Of a DNA stretch of 64,000 bases, positions 10,161-19,797 are shown one piece after another; the first letter of the stretch is position 1, and every line of letters begins with the position of its first letter. The notes beneath the pieces are model-generated. The model was not told the DNA's origin, searched no databases, and worked only from the letters and a program-made list of their open reading frames with translations. The position numbers were made by a program, and so were the translations under genes. Source of the stretch: Syntrophales bacterium (GTDB taxonomy: Bacteria > Desulfobacterota > Syntrophia > Syntrophales > UBA2210); contig CAXXNF010000001.1 in the NCBI GenBank assembly GCA_963666365.2, positions 1,312,001-1,376,000 on the forward strand, read 5' to 3'.

Positions 10161-11207
10161 ATGACCTATTACGATCATAGCGGAGCGATTCACCTTCATT
10201 CGATCCATTCTTTTGATGGAAGAATCGCAGTGGCCGATATCATAGAGGCTGCAAAGAAATGCGGGCTCGACTTTATCATGCTTACGGACCACTCGAATCT
10301 TGATGCGAGGGCAGAGGAAGGGTGGCACGATGAGCTCTTGCTCGTTGCAGGACAGGAGATTTCTCCCCGTTTCAATCATTATATTGCTTTTGAGTGCAGG
10401 GACGCTATTTACGTTGAGGGGGAAGAAGACCCGGCGCCGCAGCACTATATTGATGCCGTTAACGAGCAGGGAGGATTCGGGTTTATTGCTCATCCCGACC
10501 ATGAGGGCACCCAGGTGTTTCACGTGAAACACTATCCCTGGCGGGACTGGTCAGTGTCCGGCTTTACGGGGATGGGGATATGGGATTTTATGACGGACTG
10601 GCAGGATACATTGACCAGCTATCCTCGCGGCCTTGTCAGCTATCTCTGTCCGGTCCTGGCGCTGACCGGACCAAAGAAGAAAACATTGAGCCGCTGGGAC
10701 GCTCTTTCGATGAAACGACCTGTGGTTGGTATCGGAGAGCTCGACAATCATGACACGCTGTACAAGTTGCTGTGCGTACGCCTTCGTGCATTTCCTTTCG
10801 AAAGAGTGTTTCGGTTGATCCGTACCCATGTGTTGACCGACAGACCTTTTGAGCGGTGCAAAACCGATATTCCCTTGCTGCTGGACGCGCTTCGCCGAGG
10901 TCATGCCTATGTGGCAATGGAATATTTCAACGAGGCGAAGGGGTTTTCTTTTGCCGTGACCGGGAGGGGGTTTCAGGGGATCATGGGGGATGAATTTTCA
11001 CTGAACGGAGCGGCAACGCTGACGGTTCAACTGCCGGGGGAGGGAAGGGTGAGAATTCTGAAAAACGGCATACCCCTGTGTGACTGCACAGGAAAGGGAT
11101 GGGAAGTGGAGGTGACGGAACCGGGGGTGTATCGCTGCGAAGTCTATCAAAAACGCTGGGGACGATTGAGGCCCTGGATTTTTTCTAATCCCATATATCT
11201 GCGGTAG
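10161..11207 (+). CDS. PHP-domain metallohydrolase
   Basis: HLHSIHSFDG, TDH, AHP and DNH metal ligands; C-terminal WIFSNPIY. Confidence 0.85.
   Translation: MTYYDHSGAIHLHSIHSFDGRIAVADIIEAAKKCGLDFIMLTDHSNLDARAEEGWHDELLLVAGQEISPRFNHYIAFECRDAIYVEGEEDPAPQHYIDAVNEQGGFGFIAHPDHEGTQVFHVKHYPWRDWSVSGFTGMGIWDFMTDWQDTLTSYPRGLVSYLCPVLALTGPKKKTLSRWDALSMKRPVVGIGELDNHDTLYKLLCVRLRAFPFERVFRLIRTHVLTDRPFERCKTDIPLLLDALRRGHAYVAMEYFNEAKGFSFAVTGRGFQGIMGDEFSLNGAATLTVQLPGEGRVRILKNGIPLCDCTGKGWEVEVTEPGVYRCEVYQKRWGRLRPWIFSNPIYLR
10516..10531. other. parS chromosome partitioning site (ParB-binding palindrome)
   Basis: Perfect TGTTTCACGTGAAACA matching the canonical bacterial parS consensus, lying inside a coding sequence. 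Confidence 0.85.
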
Positions 11208-11258
11208 TTTCCTTCGAGACTTTCCCCCGCCCGGAGGTGCTCGTCCTTCGAGATCCTT

Positions 11259-11657
11259 TTACAGAAGAGTGATGATTACCTCCCGTCGTGGGCGGGGACC
11301 GTCAAATTCACAGAAAAAGATGTTTTGCCACGTGCTGAGAAGCAGTGTGCCCTCCTCTACCGGAATGGTTTCGGAAGGCCCAATGATACCCGCCTTAATG
11401 TGGGCGTCTCCGTTCCCGTCTATGCGATCATGCAACCATTGCCCACGGGGGACGATCCGGCCGAGACAGTTGATGACATCGATGCCGATATGGGGATCCC
11501 AGTTTTCCTGTATCATGATTGCCGCTGTCGCTCCCAGGGCATAGAGTGAACAGATTTCGGAATCACGACCGTATCGGGATACGACCCTGCGCACCTGATC
11601 GGTGATATCTACCAGTTCTTCACGGACGCTCGTCTTGAAAGAGATAGTAGTTTTCAT
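11259..11657 (-). CDS. YjbQ/UPF0047 family protein
   Basis: TAAIMIQEN, HDRIDGNGDAHIK and TWQNIFFCEFDGPR. Confidence 0.92.
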   Translation of the reverse strand: MKTTISFKTSVREELVDITDQVRRVVSRYGRDSEICSLYALGATAAIMIQENWDPHIGIDVINCLGRIVPRGQWLHDRIDGNGDAHIKAGIIGPSETIPVEEGTLLLSTWQNIFFCEFDGPRPRREVIITLL

Positions 11658-11675
11658 TGAACTTCCCTTATCGTC

Positions 11676-13025
11676 TTATTTCATCACTCCATATTTTTTC
11701 AGTTTCAAATGCAGTGTACGCCGCGTAATTCCGAGCTTCCGCGCCGCTTCGCTTTTGTTTCCTCCCGTCGCCTCGAGTGTTTTCAGAATTGTACGCTTTT
11801 CGGCTTCTTCAAGGGGGACCAGTGCTGTGCCGGTCGACATGAGCGCCGCTCCGCCGCTCATGAGAAAGAGATCCTCCTCATCCAGATATTCCTTTCGGGA
11901 GAGCACCACTGCGCGTTCAATTACATTCATCAGTTCTCTCACATTGCCCTGCCAGTGGTGCTTGAGAAGTCTGTCCATAGCCTGGGGAGTGAATCCCCTG
12001 ATGGCGCGCTTATTTTTTTCTGCAAACAGGGCAAGGTAATGCTGCGCGAGAAGGGGAATGTCCTCCGGACGCTCCACCAGCGGCGGCACTACGAGAACGA
12101 CGACATTGAGGCGATAGAAAAGATCCTCCCGAAAACGGCCCGCCTTTACCTCTTCCTGAAGATTTTTATTTGTCGCTGTGATAATGCGCACATCCACTTC
12201 GATGACGGATTCACCCCCCACTCTGACAAATTCCCGTTCTTGCAGCACGCGGAGCAGTTTGACCTGCATGGGGAGCGGCATTTCACTGATTTCGTCAAGA
12301 AAAAGGCTCCCTCCGTGGGCCTGACGGAACGTGCCTTCTTTCCTCCTGTCGGCGCCGGTAAAGGCGCCCCGTTCGTGACCGAAAAGCTCTGATTCCAGAA
12401 GCGTTTCGGTCAAAGCGCCGCAATTCACCTTGACAAAGGGGCCATCTCGTCGAGGACTGTTAAAGTGAAGTGCCCCGGCGATGAGTTCCTTGCCTGTGCC
12501 GGAATCGCCCATGACAAGCACTGAGGCGTCGGATGGAGCAACCTGCGCTACGGTATCCAGAAGCCTTACCATGGCATCGCTCCGACCGATTATATTGCGC
12601 CTGTCGAACCGTGCGGAAAGGTTGCTTCGAAGCAGGCGGTTTTCCTCCTTCAGGCGCCGGTGATCCATGGCCCGTTCCATGACGATTTTCACTTCGTCAA
12701 AATCGAGCGGTTTCGTCAGATAATCATAGGCGCCTTTTTTCAGCGCTTCGACGGCCGTTTCTACAGACGAATAGGCGGTCATAATAATTACGGGTATGGC
12801 GGGGTTGATTTCCTTGATGGTCTCCAGCGCTTCGAGACCGGAAACCCGCACCATGCGCACATCCATGAGAATAAGATCAAAGGGCCGCTCCCTGACCAAT
12901 TGAATGGCTCGGTCGCCGTCGTCGGCCTCGGTAATGCCGTACCCCCACTCTGAAAGGAGGGTTCTCAACATGGTTCTGTGGGCATGATCGTCATCGACAA
13001 TTAATAGAGAACCCCGCACTGTCAT
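11676..13025 (-). CDS. Sigma-54-dependent Fis-family response regulator (ZraR/AtoC-like)
   Basis: Receiver domain (LIVDDD, MDVRM), GDSGTGKEL, GAFTGA and C-terminal HTH (GNKSEAARKLGI). Confidence 0.93.
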   Translation of the reverse strand: MTVRGSLLIVDDDHAHRTMLRTLLSEWGYGITEADDGDRAIQLVRERPFDLILMDVRMVRVSGLEALETIKEINPAIPVIIMTAYSSVETAVEALKKGAYDYLTKPLDFDEVKIVMERAMDHRRLKEENRLLRSNLSARFDRRNIIGRSDAMVRLLDTVAQVAPSDASVLVMGDSGTGKELIAGALHFNSPRRDGPFVKVNCGALTETLLESELFGHERGAFTGADRRKEGTFRQAHGGSLFLDEISEMPLPMQVKLLRVLQEREFVRVGGESVIEVDVRIITATNKNLQEEVKAGRFREDLFYRLNVVVLVVPPLVERPEDIPLLAQHYLALFAEKNKRAIRGFTPQAMDRLLKHHWQGNVRELMNVIERAVVLSRKEYLDEEDLFLMSGGAALMSTGTALVPLEEAEKRTILKTLEATGGNKSEAARKLGITRRTLHLKLKKYGVMK

Positions 13026-14833
13026 GACTGTCGTTCCTCAGATCCGCATTTCGTCAACACCGGAAGGGTGAAGACCACCGTTGTACCCTTTCCCGGGGTG
13101 CTTTCCACATGAATCGCGCCGTCGTGATGTTCTATTATCTGATGCACAATGGCCAACCCCAGGCCCGTTCCCGATGATTTGGTGGTAAAATAGGGATCGA
13201 ATATTTTTGCAATATTTCCGCCATCTATGCCGCCGCCCGTATCGGATACCGCGAAGACGAGACGTTGTGATTCATCAAAATCGACTCTGATGGAAAGGCT
13301 TCCTCCCCCCTCCATGGATTCAAGGGCGTTCAAATAAAGATTCAGCAATACCTGGTTGATTCTGTCTGCATCCACAAGAATCATCATATCGTCATCGGGC
13401 AGCGCGTATGAGATGACTACGCCTTGATTCTGCGCCCTCTTTTCAATCATTTTGACCGAGTGATCTATAAGCTGGGCGAGAGACGCCGGTTTCTTGTCGA
13501 GTTTCATGGGGCGGGCAAAATCCAGAAGCTGTCCGATCACACGATTCAGACGCTCCACCTCCTGTATCATAATATCGGCAATCTTCTGATCGTCCGGAAT
13601 ATCTCGATACCGCTCCTTGAAATAGGTGGCGAATCCCTTGATTGAGCTGAGAGGATTTCGTATTTCATGGGCGACTCCGGCGGCAAGTCGTCCAAGAGAG
13701 GCCATCCGCTGGCTTCGGTCGACTTCCTTCCGGAGGCGCTTCACCTCAGTGAGGTCTCTGAAAAGGAGTACGTGACCCTGGAACGTATCATTTTCCATCA
13801 GGGTTGTGGCGACCATGTCAAGTGGCAGCGATTTTTTATCTTCGCCAGTGACGATTATTTCCCCTTCCCGCAGTGAAGTATCATTTCTGAGTTCATTGAG
13901 AAAGTCCACAAATGGCGGCGGCAGCACCTGAACTCCCGATTTTCCTTTCATCTCCTTCGACTGCACCTGCAGGATTGATTCGGCCACCTGGTTGAAGGAG
14001 GTAATGACGCCATGACTGTCGGTGGCGATAAGAGCCATAGGCATATTTTCCACGAGATTGTCTGAAAAGGCCTTTACCCTGGAGAGTGAAACCCGTGCCT
14101 GGCGGTATCCCTGGGCAACCAGAAGAGATATAACGCCGGTGATGCCTATAAGAAGCAGTATGACGGCAGTGATTACGGTATCTCTGGCATCGGTCAAACG
14201 CGCCTTTTCTATCGTATCCATGTCGAGTCCCACAAAGATTACAAGACGGGAAGGCGGGGCATCTTCGCCTCGTGGATGCAGTCGAGATCTGAACCAGTCA
14301 TCGGGAATGGCCGTACCGAACGGGGTGGTCATAAAACCGGGAGTTGGCGCAAAATAACGTGTTATTTCAAAAGTATCGGGTCCCTTTTCATGTGGTATTT
14401 CTCGGTAGTAAAGGGATTTGCTGCGGGCAATTTCCTTTATATTTAAGTCATTGCCGTGATATTGACCGATCATGGAAGGATCGTTATGAGCGAGAATCCG
14501 GCCCTGAAGATCGGTAATCAGGAGGTAGACAATGTCGGGCTGATGAGCTGTTTCTACAAGAAGTTTCTGTATCTGCAGTCCGCCCCAACTCATTCCCAGC
14601 ACACCCGTTCGCGCGCCCGCCTCGAATGATCGTATCAACGCGGCGCCTTTCTCGATAAGAAGCTTTTCCATATACACCTTCTGTGTTTGAATGCTGTGAA
14701 AGGCGAAATAAATCACGATCGGAACGAGCAGAATCACTGTTCCGATGACTATCCAGGGGGAAAGCATGATCCATGATCGTGTCGGTGCTGACTGCATGGC
14801 GCCGATGAATCCTTTCGGATATTTATTATCCAC
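13022..14833 (-). CDS. Membrane sensor histidine kinase with PAS domain (ZraS-like)
   Basis: Two TM segments; EKGAALIRSFEAGARTG periplasmic start resembling ZraS; H-box AHEIRNPLSSIKG; N/G1/F/G2 boxes. Start codon uncertain. Confidence 0.9.
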   Translation of the reverse strand: MDNKYPKGFIGAMQSAPTRSWIMLSPWIVIGTVILLVPIVIYFAFHSIQTQKVYMEKLLIEKGAALIRSFEAGARTGVLGMSWGGLQIQKLLVETAHQPDIVYLLITDLQGRILAHNDPSMIGQYHGNDLNIKEIARSKSLYYREIPHEKGPDTFEITRYFAPTPGFMTTPFGTAIPDDWFRSRLHPRGEDAPPSRLVIFVGLDMDTIEKARLTDARDTVITAVILLLIGITGVISLLVAQGYRQARVSLSRVKAFSDNLVENMPMALIATDSHGVITSFNQVAESILQVQSKEMKGKSGVQVLPPPFVDFLNELRNDTSLREGEIIVTGEDKKSLPLDMVATTLMENDTFQGHVLLFRDLTEVKRLRKEVDRSQRMASLGRLAAGVAHEIRNPLSSIKGFATYFKERYRDIPDDQKIADIMIQEVERLNRVIGQLLDFARPMKLDKKPASLAQLIDHSVKMIEKRAQNQGVVISYALPDDDMMILVDADRINQVLLNLYLNALESMEGGGSLSIRVDFDESQRLVFAVSDTGGGIDGGNIAKIFDPYFTTKSSGTGLGLAIVHQIIEHHDGAIHVESTPGKGTTVVFTLPVLTKCGSEERQS

Positions 14834-14983
14834 CTGTATACCACATCCGGATATATTTTAGCCATCTCTTTGTGAATATGGAAAAAGAACCTGTTGTGTA
14901 TAACCACCCTATTTACTATAATGTGCGTCGTAAGTACACAAATGGATTGAGATTCCCTGAGGATGGCGGGAAATATCTCTTTG

Positions 14984-14999
14984 TGGCACAAGGGTTGCT
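14984..14999 (+). promoter_or_regulatory. Sigma-54 (-24/-12) promoter upstream of degP copy 2
   Basis: TGGCAC-AAGGG-TTGCT, exact GG-N10-GC spacing, about 57 bp before the ATG, next to a divergent sigma-54 activator operon. Confidence 0.85.
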
Positions 15000-15055
15000 A
15001 AGGTACATGACGAAGTAACACACACATATTCGCATTAAAAAGCAAGGAGGAATAT

Positions 15056-16540
15056 ATGAAGGAGCAACATACGAACACAGGACCCATACGTTCCATGTGG
15101 GTAAAGTATCTTCTGGTCGGCGCGATCATCGCGTCGCTCTTCGGCGCGGTCTATTTCATTCCGGGGAATGGAGGTCTCACTTCCACCGGAGTTGCGGTAG
15201 CCGGTGAAAAACAGGGCCTTGTGCAGCCCTCATTTGCGGACCTTGCCGAAAAACTGAAACCCGCCGTAGTAAATATCAGAACCACGAAAATCGTGGGAGG
15301 AGGCGGATTCCCCCATGCGTCACCCTTTAGGGGATCGCCCTTTGAACGATTTTTCGGCGACGATGAATTTTTCAGGAGATTTTTTGGCGGTCAGCCAGGA
15401 CGGGAGTTCAAACAGCGGAGTCTCGGTTCGGGCTTTATTATCAGCAAGGACGGCTATATCTTTACGAACAACCATGTAATCGAGAAAGCCGACGAAATTA
15501 TGGTCAAGCTTTCCGATGGCAAGGAGTACACGGCCGAGGTAAAGGGGGCCGATAAAAATACGGACATCGCCCTTTTGAAGATAGATCCGAAGGACGATCT
15601 TCCCGTGGCGGCCCTGGGTGATTCAAAGGCGCTCCGCGTGGGAGAATGGGTGATGGCGATCGGGAATCCCTTCGGCCTGTCGCAGACGGTGACCGTGGGC
15701 ATCGTCAGCGCCACGGGACGGGTGATCGGCGCCGGGCCCTATGACGATTTTATACAGACCGACGCCTCCATCAATCCGGGAAACAGCGGTGGTCCCTTGT
15801 TTAATCTGTCGGGCGAGGTGGTAGGGATCAACACGGCGATTATTGCACAGGGCCAGGGGATAGGCTTTGCCATCCCGGTGGACCTTGCGAAGTCGATACT
15901 GCCCGGCCTGAAGAAGGAGGGGAAGGTGACCCGCGGCTGGCTGGGCGTATCAGTGCAGGATGTCACCGAGGAGATCGCCGAGAGCCTGGGGCTGAAAGTG
16001 AAGGAAGGCGTGCTGGTGGCGGATGCGTTCAAGGGTGATCCGGCGGAAAAGGCGGGGATCAAGAGTGGCGACGTTATTGTGAAGGTGGACGGCAAAGACG
16101 TAAAGGATACCCACGAGCTTCTGAAGGTTGTGGCCGCCATTCCCGTAGAAAAAACAATTTCGGTGATCGTAGTTCGAGAAGGTGAGAAAAAAGAGTTTTC
16201 CGTCACTGTGTCGGAACGACCCGAGAGGGATGAGCTGGCCCGACAGGAGGAAGGGGAAATGCGGTTCGGCATGACGGTGCAGCCCATTACACCCGATATG
16301 GCAGAGCACCTCGGCCTGTCTGAAACCGCCGGCGTGATTGTCACACAGGTGGAACCGGGCGGTATCGCCGGTGAAGCGGGAATTCAACAGGGCGACATCA
16401 TTATTAAGGTTAATCGGATGAAGATAGATTCCATGAAGGATTATCTGGGAGCGCTCTCGAAGGCAGATCCCAAGAAAAGCCTGCTCCTTCTCATTAAGAG
16501 AGAGGCCTCCAAATTCTTTGTGGTGCTGAAACCTCAATAA
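15056..16540 (+). CDS. Periplasmic serine endoprotease Do/DegP/DegQ, two PDZ domains (copy 2)
   Basis: AGGAGG RBS, N-terminal anchor, H/D/S triad and two PDZ domains. Confidence 0.95.
   Translation: MKEQHTNTGPIRSMWVKYLLVGAIIASLFGAVYFIPGNGGLTSTGVAVAGEKQGLVQPSFADLAEKLKPAVVNIRTTKIVGGGGFPHASPFRGSPFERFFGDDEFFRRFFGGQPGREFKQRSLGSGFIISKDGYIFTNNHVIEKADEIMVKLSDGKEYTAEVKGADKNTDIALLKIDPKDDLPVAALGDSKALRVGEWVMAIGNPFGLSQTVTVGIVSATGRVIGAGPYDDFIQTDASINPGNSGGPLFNLSGEVVGINTAIIAQGQGIGFAIPVDLAKSILPGLKKEGKVTRGWLGVSVQDVTEEIAESLGLKVKEGVLVADAFKGDPAEKAGIKSGDVIVKVDGKDVKDTHELLKVVAAIPVEKTISVIVVREGEKKEFSVTVSERPERDELARQEEGEMRFGMTVQPITPDMAEHLGLSETAGVIVTQVEPGGIAGEAGIQQGDIIIKVNRMKIDSMKDYLGALSKADPKKSLLLLIKREASKFFVVLKPQ
15556..16125 (+). 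repeat. 570 bp exact direct repeat shared with 8690-9259
   Basis: Same line-by-line comparison as for the partner repeat. Confidence 0.9.
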
Positions 16541-16569
16541 GCCGTCAGAACGTAAACGGCTCGGCGCCT

Positions 16570-16609
16570 ATGTATCCCGGGGCTGTTGCACAGAAGCCCC
16601 GGGATATAT
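16570..16609 (+). terminator. Hairpin downstream of degP copy 2 (terminator-like)
   Basis: TATCCCGGGGCT-N10-AGCCCCGGGATA perfect 12 bp stem; weak U-tract. Confidence 0.55.
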
Positions 16610-16874
16610 GTATGGATAATCGCATGCATCTTTCCGATGGTGCATGACGATCTTTAAGGTCTTCATGTTCCTGGATATTTCTCTGAAAAAGGTATTGCCC
16701 TTTCACTGTGCCCGTGATACAAGGCGACCGTTATAGCGATCCCCATCCACACCTGTGTGTGCCGTTTATGAAATGAATGTGCGGCATCGAAGGAACGACG
16801 ATCGCGGCGAAGGCCTTGCAAAGGATACGCCTGATAGCATATAATAAATCAATAGCACTAAGGAAGAACATCCC

Positions 16875-17393
16875 ATGAAGAATACCGCCCTGCATACGTA
16901 TAAAGATGAGGAAGATCTTCGCTACAATAATATCAGAGAAATTATCTATCTGATCAGAAGATTGATGCAGGCGGGGTATCTCTACACCAAAGAATTGAAT
17001 AAAAAGTACAATATCAGTGCTCCTCAATTGAATTGCCTACTTGCGCTTCACGAAAACGGCCCGCTTCCACCGTCTCAGATTGCCCGGCATGTGATGGTGA
17101 AATCAAGCACGGTCACCGGTATTATTGACAGACTGGAGCAGAAAAAACTCGTCAGAAGACTTCGCAACTCCCCGGACCGGCGCGTCATTACAATCGAACT
17201 GACGGAAGAGGGGGAAACGCTGGCCCGCAATGCTCCCCCGCCAATTCAGCAAACGATTGTGGATGGTCTGAAAAAGCTGTCGCAGGAGGAAACCGAACAG
17301 ATTATTCACGATCTCACCTTACTTACAAAAATGCTTGACGGCCATGATCTGGTGGTGACGTTCCAGAACGGAGAATCACAGACGCTTCTATAA
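16875..17393 (+). CDS. MarR family transcriptional regulator
   Basis: ISAPQL, STVTGIIDRLEQKKLV and DRR...LTEEG. Confidence 0.93.
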   Translation: MKNTALHTYKDEEDLRYNNIREIIYLIRRLMQAGYLYTKELNKKYNISAPQLNCLLALHENGPLPPSQIARHVMVKSSTVTGIIDRLEQKKLVRRLRNSPDRRVITIELTEEGETLARNAPPPIQQTIVDGLKKLSQEETEQIIHDLTLLTKMLDGHDLVVTFQNGESQTLL

Positions 17394-17416
17394 CGTCAGT
17401 GATTCTGAAGACTTTT

Positions 17417-19423
17417 TCAACCGTCACTTCGCGCTGTGTTCCGTAGCGCGATGCCATGTTCCCTCTCGAGGGCTTCTATCGATTCTTCCAGTGCCGTCCA
17501 CTCTTCGTACAGTGCCTCAAGACGGCTGTGGAGCGTCGAGAATTCCTTCTGCAGCGAGCGAATAAGGCCGTCATCGGCGAAGGTTTCCTGTCGGGAGAAG
17601 GCTGCTTCGATATCGCCTTTTCTTTTTTCATGTGCGGCAATTTCCTTTTCGATCTTCTCCCGGGCGTCATTGAGCGGTTTGATCTTTCGGTGTTTTGCCT
17701 GACGGAGCGACGCTTCGCGACGCTTTCTTTCCTTTTCCTCAATTGATGCGGACAGTCTGGCCGGTCTCTCTGAAGAAGCGTCGGCCTGTTCCTGTGCGCC
17801 CCGGTGTTTTTCCAGATAGTCGTCCACCGAACCCTGATGGATTTCCAACTCCCCGTCTTTGATTACCGCAACCTTGTTAATGAGCGGCGCCATGAAATCT
17901 CTGTCGTGAGATACAATAAAATAGGTGCCGGAGAAGTCGCGAAGACGATCCTGAAGAACGGCTTTCGAACGGATATCCAGGTGATTGGTCGGCTCGTCGA
18001 GGATGAGAAAATTTGCCGGCTGAAGAAGCATGCGCGCAAGGGCAAGCCTGCTTTTTTCACCGCCCGAGAGGACCGATACAGGTTTAAAAACGTCATCTTC
18101 GGTAAAAAGAAAACACCCGAGGAGCGATCGCAACTCGCTTGAAGATTTCATGGGCGCCTGCACGTCAAGCGTGCGAAGCACCGTTTCATCGGGATTGAGC
18201 GTTTCCGTCATATCCTGTCCATAATAGGCGATCGCTACATTGTGTCCCTCCGATCGGGCGCCTTCCTGAAAGTCTTCCATTCCCGCGATGATTCGGGCCA
18301 GGGTAGATTTTCCCGAACCGTTCACTCCCAGACAGGCGATACGGTCGCTCCGCTCGATGGTGAGGGAAATATCATTCAGGACCATTGATGTTCCATAGGA
18401 TTTTGAGACGCCTGCCAGCTCCATCAGTACGCGTCCTGATCGGGGCGGATCGGGAAAGGTGAATCTGATCGCCTTTTCTTTCCCTTCCAGCGTGATTGCT
18501 TCGAGTTTTTCGAGTGCTTTAACGCGACTCTGCACCTGTCGCGCCTTGGTGTTCTTGTAGCGAAACCGTTCGATAAATCGGCTGGTCCGCTCTATCAGCT
18601 TTTGCTGATTTTCATAGGATGCTTCCAGGATTGTCTGTCGTTCAGCCTTTTGGATAAGATAGGCTGAATAGTTGCCACTGTACAGTGTCGCTTTTCCCAG
18701 GGATATTTCTATGACCTCCCGGACCAGGTTATCGAGAAAACGGCTGTCATGAGAGACAAGTATGATCGATCCGTGATACTGTGCCAGGTAACCCTCGAGC
18801 CATTCGAGAGATTCCATGTCCAGATGGTTGGTAGGTTCATCGAGAAGCAATACCGACGGTTCTGCAAGAAGAAGTTTTGCAAGCTCGATCCGCATTTGCC
18901 AGCCGCCGCTGAATTCGTCAGTCATTCTTGGAAGATCTGACTCTCTAAACCCGAGGCCGAAAAGAATCTGTTGTATCTTCGTCTCTGTCTTGTAACCTTC
19001 TCTATGCTCCAGGATGTGCTGGAGCTCACCCAGTTCTTCCAGAAGGTCTTGCAGCCGCGGTGATTCGGAACCCGCCGAGTGCGTTTCGCTTTCGATTTCA
19101 CGGCTGAGGTGTGCCATTCGTTGTTCCAGACGGGTAATATCCTCAAAGGCCTTGGCCGCCTCTTCGAAAAGACTTTTCCCCCCGTGATAGATGCCGTCCT
19201 GCGGAAGGTACCCTACCGCGGTGTGACGCGACCTGGTCACTCGCCCTGAATCCGATTCGCTATCTCCGACTATTATTTTCAACAGTGTGGATTTTCCCGT
19301 GCCGTTGAGTCCTACCAGCGCAATGCGGCTTCCCGGATTTATCTGAAGGGAAAAATCCGCGAAGAGCGTTTTCTGCCCATACTGTTTCGTAATGTTCTGA
19401 AGCGATATCACTTTTCTATACAA
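17417..19423 (-). CDS. ABC-F family ATP-binding protein (ribosome-associated, YheS/Uup-like)
   Basis: Two ABC domains (GLNGTGKS, SGGW, LLDEPTNHLD; GVNGSGKS, SGGE), no TM domains, C-terminal coiled coil. Confidence 0.93.
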   Translation of the reverse strand: MYRKVISLQNITKQYGQKTLFADFSLQINPGSRIALVGLNGTGKSTLLKIIVGDSESDSGRVTRSRHTAVGYLPQDGIYHGGKSLFEEAAKAFEDITRLEQRMAHLSREIESETHSAGSESPRLQDLLEELGELQHILEHREGYKTETKIQQILFGLGFRESDLPRMTDEFSGGWQMRIELAKLLLAEPSVLLLDEPTNHLDMESLEWLEGYLAQYHGSIILVSHDSRFLDNLVREVIEISLGKATLYSGNYSAYLIQKAERQTILEASYENQQKLIERTSRFIERFRYKNTKARQVQSRVKALEKLEAITLEGKEKAIRFTFPDPPRSGRVLMELAGVSKSYGTSMVLNDISLTIERSDRIACLGVNGSGKSTLARIIAGMEDFQEGARSEGHNVAIAYYGQDMTETLNPDETVLRTLDVQAPMKSSSELRSLLGCFLFTEDDVFKPVSVLSGGEKSRLALARMLLQPANFLILDEPTNHLDIRSKAVLQDRLRDFSGTYFIVSHDRDFMAPLINKVAVIKDGELEIHQGSVDDYLEKHRGAQEQADASSERPARLSASIEEKERKRREASLRQAKHRKIKPLNDAREKIEKEIAAHEKRKGDIEAAFSRQETFADDGLIRSLQKEFSTLHSRLEALYEEWTALEESIEALEREHGIALRNTARSDG

Positions 19424-19797
19424 AACCTTTCATGCCGTCGGTCAGTCCTTCAATATCCCGAGACGCCGATAAAATCAAGGGGGAAGGCACGCGCACAATG
19501 TCTAATATACCGAGCCTTTATTTGAACATAATTTAATCATTATAATTATAGGCTATCTGTGATAAATATACACGCAGTCCGAGATGTGGGCGTGTTGCCT
19601 GGACTGACACAGGATGGTTGACATCCTCTTTTCAATAGAGTATCTATTGCGTATTCCTTGTGCGACTCCCACGGCGCGCTTTTGCCATTGTTCGGTTTCG
19701 GTGCGGTTTACCTTCGATAATTCCACCGCGATAGTGTGTAACGATGCGACGGTTTTTATCGAGTGCATTTTTATTAAATCAAAGGAGAGAAAAAAGG

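Noticed and set aside
14826..14834. DnaA-box-like TTATCCACC (and a similar one near 16611) as oriC
   Set aside because: Isolated single-mismatch boxes with no cluster, unwinding element or dnaA.
8690..16225. degP repeat pair as a diversity-generating retroelement TR/VR
   Set aside because: No reverse transcriptase or Avd in the window. The six mismatches are all transitions and include non-adenine positions, and both copies are intact coding sequence.
19671..19686. GGCGCGCTTTTGC as a sigma-54 promoter
   Set aside because: GG-to-GC spacing is 9 nt rather than the required 10.
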